DNA of 64,000 nucleotides from Mustelus asterias (lineage: Eukaryota): contig NC_135820.1 of assembly GCF_964213995.1 (NCBI RefSeq), forward strand, positions 124,001 through 188,000. The letters are read 5' to 3'. Below, piece after piece: positions 24,060-34,100 of the stretch (positions are counted from its first letter, which is position 1; each line of letters opens with the position of its first letter). The position numbers and the translations under genes were made by a program. The notes under the pieces were generated by a model that searched no databases, was not told where the DNA came from, and was given only the letters and a program-made list of their open reading frames with translations.

Positions 24060-25150
24060 GCTGGCGGTAACGGTTGTCTACCTGATACGCTGCAGGAAAG
24101 GATGTCCCAAGGCATGGTACATTGGGAAGACCATGCAGAGGCTACGACAACGGATGAATGAACACCACTCGACAATCACCAGGCAGGAGTATTCTCTTCC
24201 TGTCGGGGAACACTTCAAGAAGTTTAACAACACCAGGTTAAAGTCCAACAGGTTTATTTGGTAGCAAAAGCCACACAAGCTTTTGGAGCTCCAAGCCCCT
24301 TCTTCAGGTGAGTGGGAATTCTGATCACAAACAGGGCATATAAAGACACAAACTCAATTTACATGAATAATGGTTGGAATGCGAATACTTACAGCTAATC
24401 AAGTATTTAAGATACAAACAACATGAATGGAGAGAGCATCAAGACAGGCTAAAAAGATGTGTATTGTCTCCAGACAAGACAGCCAGTGAAACTCTGCAGG
24501 TCCACGCAACTGTGGGGATTACAGACAGTGTGACATGAACCCAATATCCTGGTTGAGGCCGTCCTCGTGTGTGCAGAACTTGGCTATCAGTTTCTGCTCA
24601 GCGACTCTGCGCCGTTGTGTGTCGTGAAGGGGAACACTTCAGCGGTTACGGGCATTCAGCCTCTGATCTTCGGGTAAGCGTTCTCCAAGGCGGCCTTCAC
24701 GACACACGACGGCGCAGAGTCGCTGAGCAGAAACTGATCGCCAAGTTCCGCACACACGAGGACGGCCTCAACCGGGATCTTGGGTTCATGTCATACTCTC
24801 TGTAACCCCCACGACTTGCCTGGACTTGCAAAATCTCACTAACTGTCCTGTCTGGAGACAATACACATCTCTTTAACCTGTGCTTAACCCTCTCTTGACT
24901 CACATTGTCTGTACCTTTAAGACTTGATTACCTGTAAAGACTCGCATTCCAACCATTATCTTGTAAATTGAGTTTGTGTTTATATGCCCTGTTTGTGAAC
25001 AGAACTCCCACTCACCTGAAGAAGGGGCTTGGAGCTCCAAAAGCTTGTGTGGCTTTTGCTACCAAATAAACCTGTTGGACTTTAACCTGGTGTTGTGGGA
25101 CTTCTTACTGTGCCCCACCCCAGTCCAACACCAGCATCTCCACATCATGG
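24060..25150 (+). mobile_element. Penelope-like element (GIY-YIG 3' end and pLTR) containing an inverted copy at 24218-24628
   Basis: VVYLIRC..WYIGKT.QRLRQRMNEH GIY-YIG. 24218-24628 is the reverse complement of ~24694-25106 and is flanked by a 13-bp duplication ggggaacacttca. Confidence 0.88.
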
Positions 25151-25489
25151 TAAGCAGCATCACAGATGTCAGACCTCCACCAATTCAATTCACTCCACGT
25201 GATATCTAGAAATGGCTGAAGGCACTGGATGCTGCAAAGGCTATGAGCTCTGACAATATTCCAGCAATAGTACTGATGAATTGTGCTCCAGAACTTTCCG
25301 TATCCCTCGCAAAGCTGTTCTAGTGCAACTACAACACTGGCATGTTCCTGGTACTGTGGTAACTTGCCCAGCTATGTCCTGTACACAAAAAATAGGACAA
25401 ATCTAACCTGACAAATTACTGCCCCGTCAATCCACTCTCGTTCATCGTTAAAGTGATGGAAGAGGTGATCAACAATGTAATCAAGTGGC

Positions 25490-27670
25490 AAGAACAGGAG
25501 GAAGCCAATTCAGCCCCCTCGAGCCTGTTACACAGGAACAGGAGGAGGCCCCATTCAGCCCCTCGAGCCTGTTACACAGGAACAGGAGGAGGCCCCATTC
25601 AGCCCCTCGAGCCTGTTACACAGGAACAGGAGGAGGCCCCATTCAGCCCCTCGAGCCTGTTACACAGGAACAGGAGGAGGCCCCATTCAGCCCCTCGAGC
25701 CTGTTACACAGGAACAGGAGGAGGCCCCATTCAGCCCCTCGAGCCTGTTACACAGGAACAGGAGGAGGCCCCATTCAGCCCCTCGAGCCTGTTACACAGG
25801 AACAGGAGGAGGCCCCATTCAGCCCCTCGAGCCTGTTACACAGGAACAGGAGGAGGCCCCATTCAGCCCCTCGAGCCTGTTACACAGGAACAGGAGGAGG
25901 CCCCATTCAGCCCCTCGAGCCTGTTACACAGGAACAGGAGGAGGCCCCATTCAGCCCCTCGAGCCTGTTACACAGGAACAGGAGGAGGCCCCATTCAGCA
26001 CCTCGAGCCTGTTACACAGGAACAGGAGGAGGCCCCATTCAGCCCCTCGAGCCTGTTACACAAGAACAGGCGGAGGCCCCATTTAGCCCCTCGAGCCTGT
26101 TACACAGGAACAGGAGGAGGCCCCATTCAACCCCTCGAGCCTGTTACACAGGAACAGGAGGAGGCCCCATTCAGCCCCTCGAGACTGTGACAGAGGAACA
26201 GGCGGAGACCCCATTCAGCCCCTCGAGCCTGTTACACAGGAACAGGAGGAGGCCCCATTCAGCTGCTTTTGAGCCTGTTACACAGGAACAGGAGGAGACC
26301 ACTCAGCCCCCCTCGAGCCTGTTACACAGGAACAGGAGGAGGCCCATTCAGCCCCCCTCGAGCCTGCTACACAGGAACAGGAGGAGGTCCATTCAGCTCC
26401 CCTCGAGCCTACTACACAGGAACAGGAGGAGGCCATTCAGCCCCTCGAGCCTGTTACACAGGAACAGGCGGAGGCCCCATTCAGCACCATTGAGCCTGTT
26501 ACACAGGAACAGGAGGAGGTCCATTCAGCCCCTCGAGCCTGTTACACGGGAACTGGAGGAGGCCCCATTCAGCCCCTCGAGCCTGTTACACAGGACCAGG
26601 AGGAGGATCCATTCAGCCCCATGAGCCTGTTACACAGGGACAGGAGGAGGCCCCATTCAGCCCCTCGAGCCTGTTACACAGGAACAGGAGGAGGCCCCAT
26701 TCAGCCCCCTTCGAGCCGGTTACACAGGAACAGGAGGAGACCCCATTCAGCCTCCCTCGAGCCTGTTACACAGGAACAGGAGGAGGCCATTCAGCCCCTC
26801 GAGCCTGTTACACAGGAACAGGAGGAGGCCCCATTCAGCCCCCTTCGAGCCTGTTACACAGGAACAGGAGGAGACCCCATTCAGCCTCCCTCGAGCCTGT
26901 TACACAGGAACAGGAGGAGGCCATTCAGCCCCTCGAGCCTGTTACACAGGAACAGGAGGAGGCCCCATTCAGCCCCCTTCGAGCCTGTTACACAGGAACA
27001 GGAGGAGGCCCCATTCAGCCCCTCGAGCCTGTTACACAGGGACAGGAGGAGGCCCCATTCAGCCCCTCGAGCCTGTTACACAGGAACAGGAGGAGGCCCC
27101 ATTCAGCCCCCTTCGAGCCTGTTACACAGGAACAGGAGGAGACCCCATTCAGCCTCCCTCGAGCCTGTTACACAGGAACAGGAGGAGGCCATTCAGCCCC
27201 TCAAACCTGTTACACAGGAACAGGAGGAGGCCCCATTCAGCCCCCTTCGAGCCTGTTACACAGGAACAGGAGGAGGCCCCATTCAGCCCCTCGAGCCTGT
27301 TACACAGGAACAGGAGGAGGCCCCATTCAGCCCCCTTCGAGCCTGTTACACAGGAACAGGAGGAGACCCCATTCAGCCTCCCTCGAGCCTGTTACACAGG
27401 AACAGGAGGAGGCCATTCAGCCCCTCGAACCTGTTACACAGGAACAGGAGGAGGCCCCATTCAGCCCCCTTCGAGCCTGTTACACAGGAACAGGAGGAGG
27501 CCATTCAGCCCCTCGAGCCTGTTACACAGGAACAGGAGGAGGCCATTCAGCCCCTCGAGCCTGTTACACAGGAACAGGAGGAGGCCCCATTCAGCCTCCC
27601 TCGAGCCTGTTACACAGGAACAGGAGGAGGCCCCATTCAGCCCCTCGAGCCTGTTACACAGGAACAGGAA
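25490..27670 (+). repeat. 44-bp minisatellite (ACACAGGAACAGGAGGAGGCCCCATTCAGCCCCTCGAGCCTGTT), about 49 copies
   Basis: Direct periodicity; the 44-aa repeat in the ORFs equals three units. Confidence 0.96.
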
Positions 27671-27801
27671 AAGGCAATTTCAGCAAAAGTTTCAGCATTG
27701 AAAGGGTTACCAATTTGCTCACATGGCAAGGTTTTCTCACTTTATTACCAAGCAATTTTGTCTCTCAGTGACACATCAACCCTTTCTAATTAAACACACA
27801 G

Positions 27802-27886
27802 AGGGAGCAGCACAGGAAGAGGACATTCAGCCCAAGCAGAGCGGGTCAGCAGTTACTCCCCAGGCGAGCAGACGGACAGGTCCTGG
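27802..27886 (+). other. Second copy of the 85-nt exon-like segment; candidate non-coding first exon of gene 2 or orphan cytoplasmic exon
   Basis: Homologous to 9337-9421 including flanks (ctttctaattaaa.acacag ... gtaagtaac...gattggaa..acttcca.gaccaa); lies 2 kb upstream of the leader exon acceptor. Confidence 0.55.
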
Positions 27887-28123
27887 GTAAGTAACGGAAC
27901 GATTGGAATTCACTTCCACGACCAACATTGTCCTTTGTTGATGTTGTGACTTTATAAAGACAGATTCCAATGATTGATGCCTTTGAAAGATTTCCACTGG
28001 TTATTGAGATCTGGCTGTGAGGCTTAAGTCTGTCGTACAGAACATCTTTCTGGTTCAAGGGACGAGGGAAGTGCACGTGGACAAGCTTCAGTGAATAATC
28101 GAGTCAGTTGCTTTCAGCACTTT

Positions 28124-29795
28124 GACTGAGGGAGTGCTGCACTGTCAGAGGCTCAGTGCTGAGGGAGTGCCGCACTGTCAGAGGCTCAGTACTGAGGGAG
28201 TGCTGCACTGTCAGAGGGTCAGTACTGAGGGAGCGCTGCACTGTCAGAGGCTCAGTACTGAGGGAGTGCTGCACTGTCAGAGGCTCAGTACTGAGGGAGT
28301 GCCGCACTGTCAGAGGCTCAGTACTGAGGGAGTGCCGCACTGTCAGAGGCTCAGTACTGAGGGAGTGCTGCACTGTCAGAGGCTCAGTACTGAGGGAGTG
28401 CTGCACTGTCATAGGGTCAGTGCTGAGGGAGTGCTGCACTGTCAGAGGGTCAGTACTGAGGGAGTGCTGCACTGTCATAGGGTCAGTGCCGAGGGAGTGC
28501 TGCACTGTCAGAGGGTCAGTACTGAGGGAGTGCTGCACTGTCATAGGGTCAGTGCTGAGGGAGTGCTGCACTGTCAGAGGGTCAGTACTGAGGGAGTGCT
28601 GCACTGTCATAGGGTCAGTGACGAGGGAGTGCTGCACTGTCAGAGGCTCAGTGCTGAGGGAGTGCCGCACTGTCAGAGGCTTAGCACTGTGGGAGTGCTG
28701 CACTGTCAGAGTGTCAGTGCTGAGGGAGTGCCGCACTGTCAGAGGGTCAGTACTGAGGGAGTGCCGCACTGTCAGAGGGTCAGTACTGAGGGAGTGCCGC
28801 ACTGTCAGAGGGTCAGTACTGAGGGAGTGCCGCACTTTCAAAGAGGGTCAGTAATGAGGGAGTGCCGCACTGTCAGAGGGTCAGTACTGAGGGAGTGCCG
28901 CACTGTCAGAGGGTCAGTGCTGAGGGAGTGCCGCACTGTCAGAGGGTCAGTGCTGAGGGAGTGCCGCACTGTCCGAGGGTCAGTGCTGAGGGAGTGCCGC
29001 ACTGTCAGAGGGTCAGTGCTGAGGGAGTGCCGCACTGTCAGAGGGTCAGTGCTGAGGGAGTGCTGCACTGTCAGAGGGTCAGTACTGAGGGAGTGCCGCA
29101 CTGTCAGAGGGTCAGTACCTAGGGAGTGCCGCACTGTCAGAGGGTCAGTACTGAGGGAGTGCCGCACTGTCAGAGGGTCAGTACCTAGGGAGTGCCGCAC
29201 TGTCAGAGGGTCAGTACTGAGGGAGTGCCGCACTGTCAGAGGGTCAGTACTGAGGGAGTGCCGCACTGTCAGAGGCTCAGTACTGAGAGAGTGCCGCACT
29301 GTCAGAGGGTCAGTGCTGGGGGAGTGCTGCACTGTCAGAGGGTCAGTACTGAGGGAGTGCTGCACTTCAGAGGGTCAGTACTAAGGGAGTGCCGCACTGT
29401 CAGAGGGTCAGTACTGAGGGAGTGCTGCACTGTCAGAGGGTCAGTGATGAGGGAGTGCCGCACTGTCAGAGGGTCAGTGCTGAGGGAGTGCTGCACTGTC
29501 AGAGGGTCAGTGCTGAGGGAGTGCCGCACTGTCAGAGGGTCAGTGCTGAGGGAGTGCTGCACTGTCAGAGGATCAGTGCTGAGGGAGTGCCGCACTGTCA
29601 GAGGGTCAGTGCTGAGGGAGTGCCGCACTGTCAGTGGGTCAGTACTGAGGGAGTGCTGCACTGTCAGAGGGTCAGTACTGAGGGAGTGCCGCATTGTCAG
29701 AGGGTCAGTACTGAGGGAGTGCCGCACTGTCAGAGAGTCAGTACTGAGGCAGTGCCACACTGTTAGAGAGGCAATATTGAGGGTCAATGCAGCAC
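28124..29795 (-). repeat. 33-bp minisatellite, reverse orientation, about 50 copies
   Basis: Reverse complement of the unit at 1-3056. Confidence 0.96.
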
Positions 29796-29923
29796 TGTGA
29801 GCATGTTTTCTTGTAGCAGTTCTGATCTCTCGAGAGCTGTCGGACAAGAGGTGAGGTCTCATTAACTGCTTTCTCTTTCAGAGCTTGAGAGGGAGAAGCT
29901 GGTGAAATATCTGGGAGTGGACA

Positions 29924-29963
29924 ATGATCGGGAAATCTTACTTCTTCCTGTCACTTCTCCAAG
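29924..29963 (+). CDS. Siglec-like gene 2 signal-peptide exon (exon 29882-29963, ATG at 29924)
   Basis: Acceptor ctgctttctctttcag, ACAATGA start context, MIGKSYFFLSLLQ then G|gtaata (phase 1). Joins the V-set exon to give MIGKSYFFLSLLQVGLS-QEW. Confidence 0.8.
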
Positions 29964-30184
29964 GTAATATCTTCGTCAGCTCGGACAGATTTATGGTTAA
30001 TAGTCTTTGTAAAAGATCATTCTTATTGAGCTCTGATTGGGAACCAATTCAGCAGTGACCCAGTGTGCAAACTCTCACCAAGTCCCATTCACCCATCACC
30101 CCGCGCTCACTGATACACACTGACTCCCCGTCAGAGAACACCTCAAAATTCAAATTCAGTTCCTTATGTTAAACGCTCTCCAAT

Positions 30185-30505
30185 ATCTCTGTAACCTCCT
30201 CCAGCCCCTACACCCCCCCCCCTTTCTCTGTATCCTCCTCCGCTCACTACACCCCTCCCTATCTCTGTAACCTCCTGTAGCCCGTACACCCCCTCCCTAT
30301 CTCTGTAACCTCCTGTAGCCCGTACACCCCCTCCCTATCTCTGTAACCTCCTGTAGCCCGTACACCCCCTCCCTCTCTCTGTAACCTCCTGTAGCCCGTA
30401 CACCCCCTCCCTATCTCTGTAACCTCCTGTAGCCCGTACACCCCCTCCCTATCTCTGTAACCTCCTGTAGCCCCTACACCCCCTCCCTATGTCTGTAACC
30501 TCCTC
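30185..30505 (+). repeat. 38-bp minisatellite (ATCTCTGTAACCTCCTGTAGCCCGTACACCCCCTCCCT), about 8 copies
   Basis: Direct periodicity. Confidence 0.9.
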
Positions 30506-31329
30506 TCGCACCTGTAATGCTCCGGGATCTCTCCACTCCTCCAATTCCAGCCTCTTGACCATCCCCTTATTTCTTCACTCCACCAATGGTTGCAATGCCT
30601 TCAGCTGCCTGGCGGGGCCCTAAGCTCTGCAATTATCTCAAACATTTTGAGTGGGTGCTGGGGGAGGTGCAATGTGAAATTCAGTGCGAAGTTGCTCAGA
30701 CCACAGAGCAGCAACACTTACAAGAGGCAGTCAGTCTGGCCTTCAAACTTCCTGCCCAATCTGACCATGCTCACAGCCAAGATCAAGCAAAATAACTGAA
30801 AGATCGTAAAGACAAGGTGTGAGAGCAAATGCACAAAGGTATCAAATTTATAGAACTTGGCTGTTGTCTCTTAACTGTTGCGTAGTTAAAATTCAGACAA
30901 TTATGGAAGATAGGTTGGAGAAGGAGCCATTCAACCCATCGTGTTTGGCCATCGTGTCCAATCAGTCACACATTCCTACGCTGTAAGAATTTACAAATTC
31001 CCTTGTTTGAAAGAGTTGACTGAAACCCTGAAACCTCGGACTCTGAACTGAGGGATCGACTCACTGGAGCACTGATCACTGAGTATTTTGTCCAGGAGAT
31101 GGCTGGTGATAAGTTGCTGAGTTGTTCGAATCCCAGATAACTGGCCTCAACTTCACTTTTGCAATAATGCGAGAGAAGGTTTGAAATCCAGAGAATGATA
31201 ATTTTCCTGGACGTTTTGTGATGATTTTAACAAAATAAATGTTTATTAAGAGATATGGAATATCTCAAAGGAATATGCTGGAAAAACCCAACAGGACTGG
31301 TAGCATCTTTGAAGTCTGTATAACTGAAA

Positions 31330-31658
31330 GGGCGGCACGGTAGCACAGTGGTTAGCACTGCTGCTTCACAGCTCCAGGGTCCTGGGTTAGATTTCCGGCT
31401 CGGGTCACTGTCTGTGTGGAGTTTGCACATTCTCCTCGTGTCTGCGTGGGTTTCCTCCGGGTGCTCCGGTTTCCTCCCACAGTCCAAAGATGTGCGGGTT
31501 AGGTTGATTGGCCAGGTTAAAAATTGTCCCTGAGATGTGTAGTTAGAGGGATTAGAGGGTAAATATGTGGGGGTAGGGCCTGGGTGGGGTTGTGGTCGGT
31601 GCAGACTCGATGGGCCGAATGGCCTCCTTCTGCACTGTAGGGTTTCTATGTTTCTATA
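31330..31658 (+). mobile_element. HE1-type SINE
   Basis: Near-identical to 22629-22962. Confidence 0.9.
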
Positions 31659-32084
31659 ACTCTTCTTCAGAGTTAAAGAAAGGACCTGGAAATACATTTA
31701 ACTAAGACAAAGGACGGAATTCTCCCAAATTGAGCGAGGGCCGAAAGCAGGTGAGAAAAACGTTGTTTAGCTCACTGACAGCGATGACAGGTTGCCATGC
31801 CACATCGCATAGCACTTAGGCAAAAGAATTTTAGGCCACGGGATTCATACCGGCTCTGTGGTAGGTCGCAGTCTCTAATTTGCTTGCACTGCCATTACCT
31901 CAGCGCATTAATGATGGGGGCGCAACATTTAAAGGTCACCCCAGCTCTCACCAGCCACTTCTCCTTGGTCATCAGCAATCAGACTTTAAGGAAGGCTGCC
32001 CCCCGGGTTTATTGATGACTTGCCCTGGAGACTGCTGGGTAGTGTGGAGGAGAGGCGTGATGTCCTCTACATATTTTTTTTATA

Positions 32085-33070
32085 TAGAAAGCCACAGCAC
32101 AAACAGGCCCTTCGGCCCACAAGTTGCGCCGATCACAGCCCCACCTCTAGGCCTATCTATAGCCCTCAATCCCATTAAATCCCATGTACTCATCCAGAAG
32201 TCTCTTAAAAGACCCCAACGAGTTTGCCTCCACCACCACCGACGTCAGCCGATTCCACTCACCCACCACCCTCTGAGTGAAAAACTTACCCCTGACATCT
32301 CCTCTGTACCTACCCCCCAGCACCTTAAACCTGTGTCCTCTCGTAGCAACCATTTCAGTCCTTGGAAATAGCCTCTGAGAGTCTACCCTATCCAGACCTC
32401 TCAACATCTTGTAAACCTCTATCAGGTCACCTCTCATCCTTCGTCTCTCCAGGGAGAAGAGACCAAGCTCCCTCAACCTATCCTCATAAGGCATGCCCCC
32501 CAATCCAGGCAACATCCTTGTAAATCTCCTCTGCACCCTTTCAATGGCTTCAACATCTTTCCTGTAATGAGGTGACCAGAACTGCGCGCAGTACTCCAAG
32601 TGGGGTCTAACCAGGGTCCTATAAAGCTGCAGCATTATCTCCCGACTCCTAAACTCAATCCCTCGATTAATGAAGGCTAGTACGCCGTACGCCTTCTTGA
32701 CCGCATCCTCCACCTGCGAGGCCGATTTAAGAGTCCTATGGACCCGGATCCCAAGGTCCTTCTGATCCTCTACACTGCTAAGAATGGTACCCTTCATATT
32801 ATACTGCTGCTTCATCCCATTGGATCTGCCAAAATGGATCACTACACACTTATCCGGGTTGAAGTCCATCTGCCACTTCTCCGCCCAGTCTTGCATTCTA
32901 TCTATGTCTCGCTGCAACTTCTGACATCCCTCCAAACTATCCACAACACCACCTACCTTGGTGTCGTCAGCAAACTTACCAACCCATCCCTCCACTTCCT
33001 CATCCAGGTCATTTATGAAAATGACAAACAGCAAGGGTCCCAGAACAGATCCCTGGGGCACACCACTGGT
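32085..33070 (-). mobile_element. 5'-truncated young CR1 LINE
   Basis: Intact RT C-terminal ORF (GVPQGSVLG to EGYR); near-identical to 40369-41206. Confidence 0.93.
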
Positions 33071-33174
33071 CTCCTTCATATGTTCCACATATGAAGGAGA
33101 CTCGTGAGCCAGGACACCAAACCAGCATGGGAGGCGGTGGCAACAGCGTTCAATACCAGCGTATTGCAGAGGTG

Positions 33175-34100
33175 GATTGGATTTGATTTGATTTATTATT
33201 GTCACATGTATTAGCGTACAGTGAAAAGTATTGCTCCTTGCACGCTATACAGACAGAGCATACTGTTCATAGAGAAGGAAAGGAGAGAGTGCAGAATGTA
33301 GTGTTACAGTCATAGCTAGGGTGTAGAGAAAGATCAACTTAATGCGAGGTAGGTCCACTCAAAGGTCTGACAGCAGCAGGGAAGAAGCTGCTCTTGAGTC
33401 GGTCGGTACGTGACCTCAGACTTTTGTATCTTTCTCCCCAACGGAAGAAGGTGGAAGAGAGAATGTCCGGGGTGTGTGGGGTCCTTAATTATGCCGGCTG
33501 CTTTTCCCCGAGGCAGCGGGAAGTGTAGACAGAGTCAATGGATGGGAGGCTGGTTTGCGTGATGGATTGGGCTACGTTCACGACCTTTTTGTAGTTCCTT
33601 GCGGTCTTGGGCAGAGCAGGAGCCATACCGAGCTGTGATACAACCAGAAAGAATGCTTTCTATGGTACATCTGTAAAAGTTGGTGAGAGTCGTAGCTGAC
33701 ATGCCGAATTTCCTTAGTCTTGTGAGAAAATAGAGGCGTTGGTGGGTTTTCTTGACTATAGGGTCGGCATGGACAGGTTGCTGGTGATCTGGACCCCTTA
33801 AAACATAAAGCTTTCGACCCTTTCTACTTTGTCCCCATTGATGTAGATAGGGGTATGTTCTCCACTATGTTTCCTGAAGTCGATGACAATTTCCTTTTTG
33901 TTGACATTGAGGAAGAGGATTATTGTTGCCGCACCAGTTCACCAGATTCTCTATCTCATTCCTGTTCTCTGTCTCATCATTGTTTGAGATCTGACCCACT
34001 TTGGTCGTGTCGTCAGCAAACTTGAAAATCGAGTTGGAGGGGAATTTGGCCGCACAGTCATAGGTGTATAAGGAGTATAGTAAGGGGCTGAGAACATAGC
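33175..34100 (-). mobile_element. Rex1/Babar LINE 3' part
   Basis: Reverse-complement homolog of 22560-23797 with (ATCAA) tail. Confidence 0.88.

Larger units (their letters stand above)
14915..25490 (+). mobile_element. Fragmented LINE with tRNA/SINE-like 5' head (pieces 14915-15018, 21288-22375, 23820-24058, 25150-25490), split by nested insertions
   Basis: The SINE head resumes at 21288 after a tgaatt duplication and runs into APE-like LGELSHRLAKLQPDIIILTDSYL, later RT-proximal NYCPVNPL..VMEEVINN. Confidence 0.65.

Noticed and set aside
25453-27793. QEQEEAPF repeat ORFs, or CRISPR-like appearance of the arrays
   Set aside because: Head-to-tail 44-bp units with no unique spacers, no cas genes, eukaryotic context
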